Assembly (NCBI GenBank): GCA_963728915.1
Contig: CAVSLV010000001.1
Span: forward strand, 1,088,001-1,152,000
Source of the DNA: an uncultured Gemmatimonadales bacterium
GTDB taxonomy: Bacteria; Gemmatimonadota; Gemmatimonadetes; Gemmatimonadales; GWC2-71-9
Direction: 5' to 3'
Length of the DNA: 64,000 bases
Positions 42,870 through 54,518 of the stretch are shown here, piece by piece. The translations under genes and the position numbers were made by a program. The notes beneath the pieces were generated by a model. That model made no database searches, was not told the DNA's origin, and worked only from the letters and a program-made list of their open reading frames with translations. The number at the start of each line of letters is the position of its first letter. The stretch's first letter is position 1.

Positions 42870-45319
42870 CCGGCAAGCTCCGCGACGGTGACCCCGACGC
42901 CGCCCTGGTTCATGGGCGCCGGTGCGAAGCGGGCTACCCGGCGGTCTCCGGTCAGCACCCGCCGCACCACTTCGCGCAGGGCCCCCGTCCCCATGCCGTG
43001 AATGATCCTGAGATAGGGGGCATCCCCGAGGATCGCGGCATCCAGTGCCGACAGGGTCGCCGCCTCCGCTTCGTCGGCTCGCATGCCACGGAGATCCACC
43101 TCGGTGACCGGCGTGGTACCAGCCGTTTCCTTCGTCAGGAAGCGATGGGCCGTGGGAACCGGAGAGGATTCTTCACCGATCGCGGTCAGCTCTCCGGCCG
43201 GAATCACCAGTTTCACGCTCCCGGCCGAGACCAGGGCCTTGCCGTCTTCGCGAAGCTCCATCACCCGCCCCACGCTGCCCGTCGCCAGCCGGACCCGCCG
43301 GCCCGGTTCAATCGTGCCCCCCATCGGATCAGGGGCATGACTCGGCTCGCGATCACGCAGGAGCTCGCCCTCCCGACGAATGGCCGCTTCGAGTGTCCGG
43401 CGCGCCTCGGTCGCTTCAGTCTCCGTTCTGGCGCGCTGAGCCGCCTGGAGCGCCTCTTCGATCTCCGTGCGTGCCGCCATCATGAGCTGCCGGGCTTCCG
43501 CTCTTGCGCGCCGCTCGGCGGAACGTTCCCGGGCCGTCAGTTCAGCCTCGCGGACCTGCATCGTCTGCCGCTGCTCATCCAGGCGACGGCTCTCCACCTC
43601 GAGCTCGACGAGCCTCCCCGCGACGTCGGCCTGCGAAGCGGCGAGCTCGCGTTCCCGACGCTCCGCCGATTCCAGCAGCAGGTCGAGCGCCTTTTCGGTT
43701 TCCGAGATCTCCCCCTCCGCCTCGGCGACGACGTCGCCGGGCACCCCCAGCCGCCTGGCGATCGCGATCCCGTAGGATCGACCCGGCACGCCCATGACGA
43801 AACGGAAGGTCGGAACCAGGCGGTCGGGATCGAACTGGAGCGAACCGTTCACGATGCCGGGAGTACGGGTGGCCAGGGCTTTCAGATTGCCGAGGTGGGT
43901 CGTCGCGATGGTACGGGCGCCGGCGCGGGTCAGGGTCCGGAGCGTCGCGGCGGCGAGGGCGGCACCCTCGGCCGGGTCGGTGCCACTGCCGATCTCGTCC
44001 ATGAGCACCAGGGTGCCCCCATCGGCGCTCCGCAGGACATCGCGGAGAATGGCCAGGTGAGCGCTGAAGGTCGAGAGATCGGCCGCGATGGACTGGTGGT
44101 CGCCGATGTCCGCGACGATCGCGGAGAAAACCGGCAAGGCGCTACCGGTCACGACCGGCGGTGCGATGCCGCATTGGGTCATCGCCGCGGCGAGTCCGAC
44201 CGTCTTGAGCAGGACGGTCTTCCCTCCGGCATTGGGACCACTGATGAGCAAGGTGGCTTGCTCGGGACTCAGGGTCAGATCGAACGGTACCGTTGCCACG
44301 CCGCGGGCCAGCAGGAGGGGATGACGGGCCCCACGAAGCACGATGCCCTCCCCCCGGCCCAGGAGCGATGGAATCGTTGCGCCGGTGGTGAGGGCATAGC
44401 GCACCCGGGCATTGAGATCATCGAGTGACACGCAGAGCGCGTGCACCGCCGCGATGGCGTCCCCGTGGGGCCGCAGGGCCGCGGTCAGATCGCGAAGCAC
44501 TCGGAGCTCTTCCCGCTCGGCGCCAAGGACCGCGGCCCGGAGCTGGTTGCCAAGCTCGATGGCCGCCGTCGGCTCGACGAACAGGGTTTCCCCGGTGGCG
44601 GATTCGTCGTGAACGATCCCATCGGGCCGGCTGTGGGCGTCGCGACGGACCGGAATGACATACCGGCCACTCCGCACGGTCACCTCCTGGCCCTGCTCCC
44701 CTTTGCGTCCCGGACCCCGCAACATTGCCTCGAGCTTCTTGAGAAGGCGGGCCCGGGCATCCTGCACCGCACTCCGGGCCCGAAGCAACGCGGGTGAGGC
44801 GCCGTCCTGAACCTCCCCATCCTCATCCAGGGATCGATCGAGCTGCTTCTCGAGCTCGCGAGGCGGCAGGGGGAGTTTCCAGGCGGCCACTGCGGGGGCA
44901 TCCGAAGCGAGGCGATCGAGCTCTGCCGCGACAAGGCGACTCACGGCGAGGGTCGAGCGAAGCGCCACCAGCTGCTGGCCTTCGAGCACCGATCCTTCCA
45001 GGCGCAAGCGATCAAGCTGCGATTGGATCTCCGGCACTGGAGGAATGTCCAGGCGATTGCCCTGACGGGACCAGGTCAGCAGCTCCCCGAGCGGGACCAG
45101 CTCGCCGCGAATCCAATCGGCATCGGTGGAGGGACGCCGGCTCCGGACCCGCGCCGCCCCGAGCGGTCCCGCGGCAAAGGCCCCGACAACACCCAGCACG
45201 GCCTCGAACTCCAGGGCAGCGGCGGCGGAAAATGCGGCTTCCCGGATGAGGGACGGGGTGCCGGCGCTCGCCTGCGCCGACACCCCGTCAGGAACCGCCA
45301 TGGAGTCCAGGGTCAGCAT
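42866..45319 (-). CDS. mutS2: MutS2 (ribosome rescue/endonuclease) with Smr domain
   Basis: ISGPNAGGKT, DIGDHQSI..DLSTFSAH, DEIGSGTDPAEG, C-terminal VDLRG...IIHGMGTG. Confidence 0.95.
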   Translation of the reverse strand: MLTLDSMAVPDGVSAQASAGTPSLIREAAFSAAAALEFEAVLGVVGAFAAGPLGAARVRSRRPSTDADWIRGELVPLGELLTWSRQGNRLDIPPVPEIQSQLDRLRLEGSVLEGQQLVALRSTLAVSRLVAAELDRLASDAPAVAAWKLPLPPRELEKQLDRSLDEDGEVQDGASPALLRARSAVQDARARLLKKLEAMLRGPGRKGEQGQEVTVRSGRYVIPVRRDAHSRPDGIVHDESATGETLFVEPTAAIELGNQLRAAVLGAEREELRVLRDLTAALRPHGDAIAAVHALCVSLDDLNARVRYALTTGATIPSLLGRGEGIVLRGARHPLLLARGVATVPFDLTLSPEQATLLISGPNAGGKTVLLKTVGLAAAMTQCGIAPPVVTGSALPVFSAIVADIGDHQSIAADLSTFSAHLAILRDVLRSADGGTLVLMDEIGSGTDPAEGAALAAATLRTLTRAGARTIATTHLGNLKALATRTPGIVNGSLQFDPDRLVPTFRFVMGVPGRSYGIAIARRLGVPGDVVAEAEGEISETEKALDLLLESAERRERELAASQADVAGRLVELEVESRRLDEQRQTMQVREAELTARERSAERRARAEARQLMMAARTEIEEALQAAQRARTETEATEARRTLEAAIRREGELLRDREPSHAPDPMGGTIEPGRRVRLATGSVGRVMELREDGKALVSAGSVKLVIPAGELTAIGEESSPVPTAHRFLTKETAGTTPVTEVDLRGMRADEAEAATLSALDAAILGDAPYLRIIHGMGTGALREVVRRVLTGDRRVARFAPAPMNQGGVGVTVAELAG

Positions 45320-45443
45320 TCGGCCCGGAACCCTCCTGCTTTCAACGTCCGATCACTCACCTCCGATGTCCCTTCCGGAAGGCTCCATGGCCTCTCCATC
45401 GTAGAATGAAAAAATAGCCGCACCAGGTGAAGATCAGCAACGC

Positions 45444-45791
45444 TCACCCCGGCGGCCACGCCATGCGGCGGCCGCCCAGAATGTGGACGTGAAGGTGCGC
45501 CACCGACTGCCCCGCATCGGGTCCCTGATTCAGGACCAGCCGGTACCCGCCGTCGGCCAGACCAAGTTGAGTCGCGACCTGAGCCGCAAATCGAAGCAGC
45601 GCACCGGCAGTCTGCTCCCCGCCGGACCCCTCCAGGTCGGCCGGACCGGCCAGGTGCTCCGTGGGAATCACCAGGACGTGGGTGGGAGCTTGCGGATTGA
45701 TATCATGAAAGGCGATGGCGCCGGGGGCGCGCGCCACGACCTTTGCGGGAATCTCTCCGGCGACGATCCGGCAAAACAGGCAATCACTCAC
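45444..45791 (-). CDS. hinT: Histidine triad nucleotide-binding protein
   Basis: CLFCRI, DINPQAPTHVLVIP, GQSVAHLHVHILGGR..WPPG. Confidence 0.93.
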   Translation of the reverse strand: MSDCLFCRIVAGEIPAKVVARAPGAIAFHDINPQAPTHVLVIPTEHLAGPADLEGSGGEQTAGALLRFAAQVATQLGLADGGYRLVLNQGPDAGQSVAHLHVHILGGRRMAWPPG

Positions 45792-46522
45792 GGGGATCTC
45801 CTGGGACGTTGACTGGCGATGACCGCTGCCGCCGCGAGGGCGGCGGTCTCGAAGCGAAGCAGGTCCGGGGCGAGCCGGACCGGGACAAACCCGGAGGCAA
45901 GAAACCGCGCCCGCTCCGCCTCGGTCAACCCACCTTCCGGACCGACCACGACGATGACGGGATTCTCGGGCTCAATCGCCGGGGGGGGATTCCCATTCAC
46001 GTCACCCAGCCAACGATGGGTCGAGGCGAAGTCCCCCGCCACTTCCTCGATGGATCGGGGGGAGTGGATCACCGGTGACCACGGGGCACGCGATTGCTTG
46101 ATCGCCTGCCGGGCCCGTCGCTGGAGCGCGGCGACGTGAGAGACCCGAATGCCGGCGGCCACGCTCTGGGTCCGCTCGGTGAGCAACGGCACCAGATCGG
46201 TAACGCCGAGCTCGGCCGCCTTTTCCACCAGCCAGGCGAATCGGTCCCGATCGCCCGCGCCAACCACCAGCACGAACCCTGGGGGCTTCGGCACACTCGC
46301 CACCCGGTCGACCTGCACCGCGAAGTCCCGGCCCTGGCGAACCAGAGTTCCCTCGGCCACCCCGCCGGCGCCGTCGAGAACCCGCACGACTTCTCCTTCG
46401 CCGGCTCGGCGCACCCGCAGGTGATGGCGCTCTTCCTCCTCGAGTGGGACCACACCGGGACCTCGGAGCAGACCCGCCGGTACCAGCACCGCCGGCGGCT
46501 CAGGCCGGGCGGACCGCAACAC
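45788..46522 (-). CDS. rsmE: 16S rRNA m3U1498 methyltransferase
   Basis: HHLRVRR, EKAAELGV, VGPEGGLT..E, LRFETAA. Start approximate (GTG 46522). Confidence 0.92.
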   Translation of the reverse strand: MLRSARPEPPAVLVPAGLLRGPGVVPLEEEERHHLRVRRAGEGEVVRVLDGAGGVAEGTLVRQGRDFAVQVDRVASVPKPPGFVLVVGAGDRDRFAWLVEKAAELGVTDLVPLLTERTQSVAAGIRVSHVAALQRRARQAIKQSRAPWSPVIHSPRSIEEVAGDFASTHRWLGDVNGNPPPAIEPENPVIVVVGPEGGLTEAERARFLASGFVPVRLAPDLLRFETAALAAAAVIASQRPRRSP

Positions 46523-47324
46523 CCCACCAACCCTGATCGAGGGTTTCGTCCACGAATTCGAAATCCGATGCATGCAGGGCCCGCCGGAATGCCGGTGCCT
46601 CCGATTCTTCCATGCCACCAAACAGGGCCAGGCCGTTTCGCACCAGCGCGCTTCGAATGATCGGGAGCAGTTTCTCGTTCTGAAGGCGCAGAATATTGGA
46701 GAGGACCAGGTCCACCGGAGCGAGGAGGCCGGAGAGCAGGGCGGCGTCGCCGGTGAGGAAGTGGGTCGCCGAGGTGGTCAGGTTGACCGCGGCATTCTCC
46801 CTCGCGATCTCCTCGGCCTCGGGATCGATGTCGATGCCGACGGCACGGGCGGCGCCCAGCTTGATCGCTGCGATCGACAGAATCCCGCTGCCGCTTCCCA
46901 GATCCAGGACTCGAGCCCCTGGCCGGATCCACCGGTCCAGCATCGTGAGCATGGTGCGGGTCGATCCATGCTCACCGGTGCCGAACGCGGTCTGGGGATC
47001 GATGATCACCAGGAAACTGGTCTCCCGGGGAGGCGCCTCCCAGCTCGGAGCAATAGTGAGCCGGCCGACCTGGCGGGGACCGAGGCCTTCCTTCCAGCGG
47101 GAGTTCCAGTCTTCGTCGGGGAGCGGGCGAGCCGCTGCCCTGACCCCACGGAACGTCGCCCGGAGCTCCTCCAGGACCTCCTCCACGCCCTGGACCGAGG
47201 TCACTCCCACCAGGGAGCCGTCCGGGCACTCCTCCACCGCCTGCCCGGTGCGTCGGACCAGCCATTCGGCGATTTCCGGTCGGGTTGTTTCGGTGGCGCG
47301 GACGTCGAGCGCGCACCAGCTCAT
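46500..47324 (-). CDS. prmA: Ribosomal protein L11 methyltransferase
   Basis: IDPQTAFGTGEHGST, LDLGSGSGILSIAA, IDID. Confidence 0.93.
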   Translation of the reverse strand: MSWCALDVRATETTRPEIAEWLVRRTGQAVEECPDGSLVGVTSVQGVEEVLEELRATFRGVRAAARPLPDEDWNSRWKEGLGPRQVGRLTIAPSWEAPPRETSFLVIIDPQTAFGTGEHGSTRTMLTMLDRWIRPGARVLDLGSGSGILSIAAIKLGAARAVGIDIDPEAEEIARENAAVNLTTSATHFLTGDAALLSGLLAPVDLVLSNILRLQNEKLLPIIRSALVRNGLALFGGMEESEAPAFRRALHASDFEFVDETLDQGWWGVAVRPA

Positions 47325-48445
47325 GCGCCAAGCGCTTCCTTGAGGCGGGACCAGAATCCGGTGCTCTGTTTCGGGGGCTCGCCTTCGATCTTGGCGAACT
47401 CTTCGAGCAGGCTGCGCTGCTCGGTGGAGAGGTTCTCGGGAACCCAGACATGGACCCGCACGTTGAGATCACCGTGGCCATGCTGGCCGAGCCGGGGGAG
47501 GCCTTTGCCCTTGAGCCTGAGAACGGTGCCGGCCTGCACGCCGGCGGGAACGGTGAGTTGCTCTTCGCCCAACGGCGTTGGAACTTGGACCGTCGCGCCG
47601 AGCGCCGCCTGGGTGAACGAGAGTGGCAGGTCGAACGCAAGATCATCGCCCTGACGCTCGAACCGCTCGTCCGGCTTCACTTCGATCATGATGAGGAGAT
47701 CACCACCCGGACCGTTGCGGCGGCCGGCCGCGCCCTGACCTCGCAGCGTGAGATAGTTGCTGGGAGAGATGCCCGCGGGGATTTCCACCGCAACGCTTCG
47801 CTCTCCCCGCACGCGTCCGTCACCACGACACGCCGGACAGGGCGTCCGGATGAGCACGCCTTCGCCGTGGCACGCGGGGCACGGCCCGACCGAGACGAAC
47901 TGGCCGAATACGCTTCGGGTGGCCCGCCGCACCTCGCCGCTTCCGCCGCAGGTGGAACAGGCGGCCGGGGGGGTCGCATCGGCGCTCCCGGTCCCCTCGC
48001 ACGTCTCGCAGGGCACCTGGGTCTTGAGTTTGACTTGCCGCTTGGCTCCGGTGGCGACCTCCTGAAGGCTCAAGCGAACCGTGACCCGGATGTCCTGTCC
48101 GCGGCGAGTCTCCCGCTGGGGAGCACCGCCGCCGAAGATCGACTCGAACCCGCCGAGGCCGCCGAAGTCCCGCATGAACATGCTGAGGGCTTCCGCGAGA
48201 TCGACGTGATGGAACCCTCCCCCACCGCCGCGGAGGCCGGCTTCGCCGTAGCGATCGTAGACCGCGCGTTTGTCGGGATCCATGAGAACCGCATAGGCCT
48301 CGGCGATCTCCTTGAAACGCGCCTCGGCATCGGCGGACTGGTTTCGGTCGGGATGGTACTCCATCGCCAGGCGGCGATACGCCCGTTTGATCTCGTCCTC
48401 GCTGGCATCGCGGGACACCCCGAGCAGCGTATAGAAGTCGCTCAC
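47321..48445 (-). CDS. dnaJ: Chaperone DnaJ
   Basis: J domain HPD, G/F-rich region, four CxxCxGxG repeats. Confidence 0.97.
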   Translation of the reverse strand: MSDFYTLLGVSRDASEDEIKRAYRRLAMEYHPDRNQSADAEARFKEIAEAYAVLMDPDKRAVYDRYGEAGLRGGGGGFHHVDLAEALSMFMRDFGGLGGFESIFGGGAPQRETRRGQDIRVTVRLSLQEVATGAKRQVKLKTQVPCETCEGTGSADATPPAACSTCGGSGEVRRATRSVFGQFVSVGPCPACHGEGVLIRTPCPACRGDGRVRGERSVAVEIPAGISPSNYLTLRGQGAAGRRNGPGGDLLIMIEVKPDERFERQGDDLAFDLPLSFTQAALGATVQVPTPLGEEQLTVPAGVQAGTVLRLKGKGLPRLGQHGHGDLNVRVHVWVPENLSTEQRSLLEEFAKIEGEPPKQSTGFWSRLKEALGA

Positions 48446-49497
48446 GTCATCAGCCCTTCGACCATCCGGCTGGTGTGTTCGACCAGCCCGATGACTTTCT
48501 CGTACGGCATCCGGATCGGCCCCATGACGCCGATGACCCCGCTCAGTCCACCGTTCTTGTAGGCGGACGTCACCAGGGTGAAATCGGCAAGCCGGGGATC
48601 GTTGTTTTCGCTTCCGATCGTGATGGTGATGCCTTTCCGATGACGATCCTGGAATGCCTGTCGGAGCAGGTCACGCCGCTCGGTGAGCTCGAGCAAGGTT
48701 TTCATCCGCTCGTTCGAGGCGAATTCCGGCTGCTCGGCGAGTGGCTGGGCGCTGCCAAGAACCACCTCGCTGCCGGGGTCCGCGAAATCGAACAGGTCCT
48801 CTCCCTCCGCCACGAAAATGTTGAGGAGCTCGGAACCGCCCGGACCGGCCGACCCGGGACCGGCATCGCGCAGCCGCTCCGACAAACTGCGCCGGATATC
48901 TCCCAGCGGAAGCCCGGCCAGCCGCTCATTGAGAATGCGGGAAACGTGCTCAACCGCATCCGGGGCCACCGCCGCGGGAATCTCCACAAAAATCGTCCGG
49001 ACCACTCCGCTCTGAAGCGTGAGCACCACCAGGAGGCGTTCCTCGCTGAGGCGTACCAATTCCATTCGCTCCAGCAGCAGGGTGTCGAGGGTCGGGGCAA
49101 CCGCGACGCCCAGCTCCTGGGTCAGGACTCCAAGAACCTGGGCGGCTCGCCTCAGGATTTCCTCGATCGGATTGCGCGCGGCCGGCCCGATTTCCTGGGC
49201 CAGCTTGGCCCGCATGCTTCGAGGAGGAGCCACCGAACCGGGCGGCACGAGCCGGTTCACGTACGTGCGATAGCCGAGCTCGGTGGGAATCCGGCCCCCG
49301 GACGTGTGGGCGTGATAGAGATATCCCTGGGACTCGAGCTCGCTCATGGTGCTTCGAATCGAGGCCGGGGAAATCCCCAGGCGAGCCCGCCGGGCTACGG
49401 CCTCGCTCCCCGCGGGGAGCGCTGATTCGACGTAGACCTGGATGACTCCTTCGAGAACCCGGAACTGGCGGTCGGTCAGACCTTCGTGGGCCGACAT
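48442..49497 (-). CDS. hrcA: Heat-inducible transcription repressor HrcA
   Basis: SPASIRSTMSELE..GYL..HTSGGRIPT..GYR, GVMGPIRMPY. Confidence 0.95.
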   Translation of the reverse strand: MSAHEGLTDRQFRVLEGVIQVYVESALPAGSEAVARRARLGISPASIRSTMSELESQGYLYHAHTSGGRIPTELGYRTYVNRLVPPGSVAPPRSMRAKLAQEIGPAARNPIEEILRRAAQVLGVLTQELGVAVAPTLDTLLLERMELVRLSEERLLVVLTLQSGVVRTIFVEIPAAVAPDAVEHVSRILNERLAGLPLGDIRRSLSERLRDAGPGSAGPGGSELLNIFVAEGEDLFDFADPGSEVVLGSAQPLAEQPEFASNERMKTLLELTERRDLLRQAFQDRHRKGITITIGSENNDPRLADFTLVTSAYKNGGLSGVIGVMGPIRMPYEKVIGLVEHTSRMVEGLMT

Positions 49498-49507
49498 AAC
49501 AGAAAAA

Positions 49508-50614
49508 CTAGCAATGAGTTAGGCTGGCCACCAGCGCATCGAGCCGGAGCCACCCCTCCGGGGTGAGCCGGAGCCGATTCTGATGCACCTGGGCCCACCC
49601 CTGCTTTTGCCATTCCTCCACCGGCATATCACCGACTTGAATCACTGGGACGCCGGCATCCGTCCTGAGTCCGAGGTAGAGCTCCTCGAGGCCGACCTGT
49701 TCCAACCTGAGCTGCTCGGTTCCCTGAACCGCGGGGCGACCACTCGAAACGGTGCGCCGGTACTCCTCCCATTCCCGGATGTTCCAGGAACGAATCGTTC
49801 CGATTCCTGAGTGGGCGGAAGGACCGAGCCCGACATATGCCCGGCGCGACCAGTAGGCGCTGTTGTGCCGGGATCGGTGGCCCGGCCGCGCCGCATTGGA
49901 GACCTCGTAGTGTTCATAACCCGCGCTCACCAGCCGGGTATGCGCGGCCAGATACTCCTCGGCGACGCGTTCTTCGGGCATCGGCGGGGCCTCTCCCCGC
50001 GCGGTCCATCGCGCGAGCGGCGTGGCGGGCTCGACGGTCAACCCGTAGAGGGACACATGGTCGGGGGCGAGCGCCAGGGTCTGATCGAGGTCGGCAGGCC
50101 AGTCGCGCTCCAGCCCGGCCGGCAACCCGTAGATCAGATCGAGGGAGAGATTACCCGCGCCGGCCGACCGCAGGGTTTCCACCGCGCGCCCGATCTGGGC
50201 CGAGCTGTGGGTGCGGTGCATCCATCGGAGCGCGGCGGAGCTGAACGACTGGGCGCCGAGCGAGAACCGATTGACGCCGGCGCGAAGCCAGGCCTCCGAC
50301 CGCTCCTGGGTGACGTCCTCCGGGTTCACCTCGAGCGTGATCTCGGCATGCCGCGCAATCGAACGATCAGCGGCGAATCGCTGCATCAGCTCCGCCAGCA
50401 CGGGGGGATCGAGTCGCGAAGGGGTTCCCCCTCCGAAATAGATGGTGTCGAGCTCGGGATGCGCCGCCCAGACCGAATGTGTCTGCCAGGCGGCCCATTC
50501 GAGCAGCACGACGCGGCCGAATTCTTCCGAGGGCACCAACCGGCGTACCGCGATGGCAAAATCGCAATAGCTGCAGCGGCGGGAGCAAAAGGGGATGTGG
50601 ACGTACAGGTGCAC
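49508..50614 (-). CDS. hemW: Radical SAM heme chaperone HemW
   Basis: LYVHIPFCSRRCSYCDF, YFGGGTPS, YEVSN, HNSAYW. Confidence 0.93.
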   Translation of the reverse strand: MHLYVHIPFCSRRCSYCDFAIAVRRLVPSEEFGRVVLLEWAAWQTHSVWAAHPELDTIYFGGGTPSRLDPPVLAELMQRFAADRSIARHAEITLEVNPEDVTQERSEAWLRAGVNRFSLGAQSFSSAALRWMHRTHSSAQIGRAVETLRSAGAGNLSLDLIYGLPAGLERDWPADLDQTLALAPDHVSLYGLTVEPATPLARWTARGEAPPMPEERVAEEYLAAHTRLVSAGYEHYEVSNAARPGHRSRHNSAYWSRRAYVGLGPSAHSGIGTIRSWNIREWEEYRRTVSSGRPAVQGTEQLRLEQVGLEELYLGLRTDAGVPVIQVGDMPVEEWQKQGWAQVHQNRLRLTPEGWLRLDALVASLTHC

Positions 50615-50643
50615 GATCGGAAGCTAACGGCGCTTCGGGCCGC

Positions 50644-51733
50644 TCAGGCGAAGAGACCGGTCGCCACGGCCCGATAGAGACCGGCTTCCTGCCTCACCTT
50701 GCCGTGCAGCTCGAGAACGGAAAGGGCGTCCATGGTTTCTTCCACGGACCACCCCAGCCGCTCGACCAGCGCATCGGCGGGAAGGGGTTGCCGGTGAAGC
50801 GCGCCGAGCAGGCGGTCCACCGCGGCGTGACTCCCCGCCGGGGATTTGGGCCTTCCGGAGCGAAGATCCGGATAGTGATCCAGCAAGTCCCTGAGCTCGA
50901 GCAGCGGGCCGGCGCCGTCCCGGAGCAGCCGGTTGGTCCCCGCGGACACCGGGCTGGTAATTGGTCCCGGAACCGCCAGCACCTCCCGGCCCTGGTCCTG
51001 GGCGCACCGCACCGTTCCCAGGGTGCCGGAAATTTCGGCGGCTTCGACGACGACCGTCACCCGCGCGAGCCCGCTGATGAGCCGGTTTCGCCGCGCGAAA
51101 CTCCCCTTGTGAGGCCGTTCTCCCGGGGGAGACTCGGAGATCAACAGGGCTCGCTGTTCGATCGCTTCATAGAGGTTGCGATTGGAGACGGGATAGACGA
51201 TTCCGAATCCATTGCCCAGAACGCCGATGGTACCCCCGCTCACCTCCAGCGCCCCGGCGTGGGCAACCGCATCGAGACCCCGCGCCATGCCGCTCACCAC
51301 CACGAGCCCCGCTTCCGCCGCGGCGCGAGCGAGGGCGCCGCAGACCTCCTCCCCGTAACGCGAATGGTCCCGGCTCCCCACGATCGCGACCGCCGGCCGA
51401 CCCAACAGGTCGAGGTTTCCCTTCGCGAACAGCAGCAGCGGGAAATCGGGGATGGGGCGGAGCATCGCGGGATACCGGTCATCCTCGGGAACCAATAGCT
51501 CGGCGCCGATGGCTTCCGCACTCGCCAAGGCGCGCCTTCCGGCATCCCGATCCATGGACGCGATGGCCTGGGCGATGGGGAAGTGGATTCCCTCCACCTG
51601 AGTCAGCTCCCGGACGCTGGACCGAATGACCCGATCGGCCGAACCAAAACGCTCGAGGAGCGCGGCGAGTCTGACGCTGCCGATTCCAGGGACCAGCGCC
51701 AGGCTGAGATAGGCCCCCTGGTCGGTGCTTGAA

Positions 51734-51741
<8 letters not shown>
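50644..51741 (-). CDS. dprA: DNA-processing protein DprA
   Basis: VAIVGSR, VSGMARGLD..AH, RNRLISGL, VVEAA, AVPG.I....AGTNRL. Confidence 0.95.
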
Positions 51742-52737
<996 letters not shown>

Positions 52738-52741
<4 letters not shown>

Positions 52742-53355
52742 GTCCTAACCCGCTGCCACAGCAGGAGGGTTTCCTTCCACGCGGTGGATGGGAGGAGTGG
52801 CCGGACCAGCTCGAGCACCTGGTCCACGACGACCGCCGAGGCTCCCGCGTTGCGCGCTCCGCGCAGGTGAGATCGCAGCTGGCGCCGCGCCCCCTGGACC
52901 GCGATCTGGGCGACGGTACACAGCTCCCGGCGGCAGAGATCCAGGCCCGGGCGCCCCAGGATCCGGCCATACCCTTCCACGATCATTCCCGCCTCGAGGG
53001 CCGGATGCAATCCCTGGATGTTGCGGCGCAGCGCATCGTAGGTCTCCCCGTACACCGCTCGGCAGGTGGCTTCGCCCCGGGACCTCCACGATTCGTGCCG
53101 CCCGTAGTCGGTCGCGTCTTCGCCGGGGACCGGGGATGTCCCGCTCTGACGCCAGAGCCGAGCCGCGGTGAGCGCCCGGGGCCAGCCGCAGATGAGCACC
53201 GATTGCAATACCAGCTCATCGACCCAGACCGGGGGAACCGCTGAGGCAAGCACGGCCGCCACGGCCTGCTCGATGGCCGATTCGGATCCCTCGGCGATCC
53301 TGGCGGCGAGGCTCACCAGCGCCCTGGTCGGCTCGTCCAGCCGCTCCAAAGTCAT
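52738..53355 (-). CDS. Carboxymuconolactone decarboxylase (AhpD-like) family protein
   Basis: GYGRILGRPGLDL..RELCTVA...QLRSHLRGARNAG; ATG 53355. Confidence 0.8.
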
Positions 53356-53390
53356 CTCCCGAAGGCCCAAGGGTGAACCATTGTCCCGCC

Positions 53391-54404
53391 TCACCGACCG
53401 GAGAAACGCAGCTGACCGTGTGGTTCGAGCAATCCGGTCACCACCCCGCGCGAGTTCCGGATCTCGGGCCGGGCGTGCCGGACCAGCGCGTCCCAGTCCG
53501 GCAGCGTCGTGCTGCCCACGCGGACCAGCGTGTCCCGAAGGATGGCGAGCAAGGCCGCCCCGGACGCCCGGGTATCGCCGTCCTCGACTTTGAGGGCGAT
53601 GCCGATCCGAAGCGAGGGGATCGCGGCGCAGTAGACGCCGAGGGCCCCGACCTTCGCGATGATCCCGCCCGGCCAGGCCTGGATCAGCTCGCTGCACAAC
53701 CGTCCGGTCCCCGCGATCAACAGAGGGTGCTCCATCATGGCGGATACGATCCGGCGGGGCGCCGGATCGCCGCTCGCCCCGAGCCGCGCATAGGCGAGCG
53801 CCATGCCTCGGATCGGAAGCGCGAAACAGGTCGCAGTGCATCCGTCCGGCGCGGTCTCGATGGCGGTTTCGTCGAGCCCGCTCCACTGCGCGATCTCCTT
53901 CAAGATGCGCTGCTGGACTGGATGGCTGATTTCCTGGTAGCCCGGAACCGGCCAGCCTCGGTGCATCGCGAGGGCGATCATGGCGACGTGCTTGCCCGAG
54001 CAGTTGCTCCAGCGCGGCGTGAGGGAGATCCCGGTGCGGGTCGCCTGCTGGGCGACCTCGGCGGAAAGGGGCGGATGGGGTCCGCAGGCCAGCGCATCAT
54101 CGCCGATACCAAGGCGACGCATCAAACCCGAAACAACTTCCAGGTGGCGAGGCTCGCTGTTGTGCGACGCGCACGCCAACGCCACCTCCTCGCCGGTCAT
54201 GCTGAAATGATCGGCGGCGCCGTCCTGCAGAACCGGCAGCGCCTGAAACGGTTTCGCGGCGGAACGCCACCAGGTCGTGTAGTCAGGGTCACCCGACGAG
54301 GCGAGGAGCCGTGCCTCCGAGTCGACGACTGCGGCGATGATGCGATGGGTGGATTCGACCAGCCGGCCGCGAGTGGCCTCGACGATGATCTCGGGTGTTG
54401 GCAT
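53391..54404 (-). CDS. Asparaginase II family (Rhizobium etli-type, class 3)
   Basis: RG.LVESTH, RSAAKPFQA, CASHNSE, NCSGKH, DGC, AKVGA.GV, KVEDG. Confidence 0.88.
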   Translation of the reverse strand: MPTPEIIVEATRGRLVESTHRIIAAVVDSEARLLASSGDPDYTTWWRSAAKPFQALPVLQDGAADHFSMTGEEVALACASHNSEPRHLEVVSGLMRRLGIGDDALACGPHPPLSAEVAQQATRTGISLTPRWSNCSGKHVAMIALAMHRGWPVPGYQEISHPVQQRILKEIAQWSGLDETAIETAPDGCTATCFALPIRGMALAYARLGASGDPAPRRIVSAMMEHPLLIAGTGRLCSELIQAWPGGIIAKVGALGVYCAAIPSLRIGIALKVEDGDTRASGAALLAILRDTLVRVGSTTLPDWDALVRHARPEIRNSRGVVTGLLEPHGQLRFSGR

Positions 54405-54426
54405 GGGGGCGGAAAGATATTAACCT
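54398..54426 (+). promoter_or_regulatory. sigma70-type promoter for tRNA-Val
   Basis: TTGGCA-N17-TAACCT, 13 nt upstream of the tRNA. Confidence 0.55.
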
Positions 54427-54439
54427 CCGCACCCCTCAC

Positions 54440-54513
54440 GGGCGATTAGCTCAGCTGGTTAGAGCGCGCGCCTCACATGCGCGAGGTCACAGGTTCAAAT
54501 CCTGTATCGCCCA
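54440..54513 (+). tRNA. tRNA-Val(CAC)
   Basis: GGGCGAT acceptor stem, CGCGC-CTCACAT-GCGCG anticodon arm, GGTTCAAATCC T arm; CCA not encoded. Confidence 0.96.
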
Positions 54514-54518
54514 TCTCG

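Noticed and set aside
45320..45443. Short upstream ORFs and SD-like GGAGGTGA between hinT and mutS2
   Set aside because: The 28-aa and 11-aa ORFs have no recognisable features; no support without conservation data.
49498..49535. CIRCE element before hrcA
   Set aside because: Only one half resembles the consensus; the partner half at 9-nt spacing does not match.
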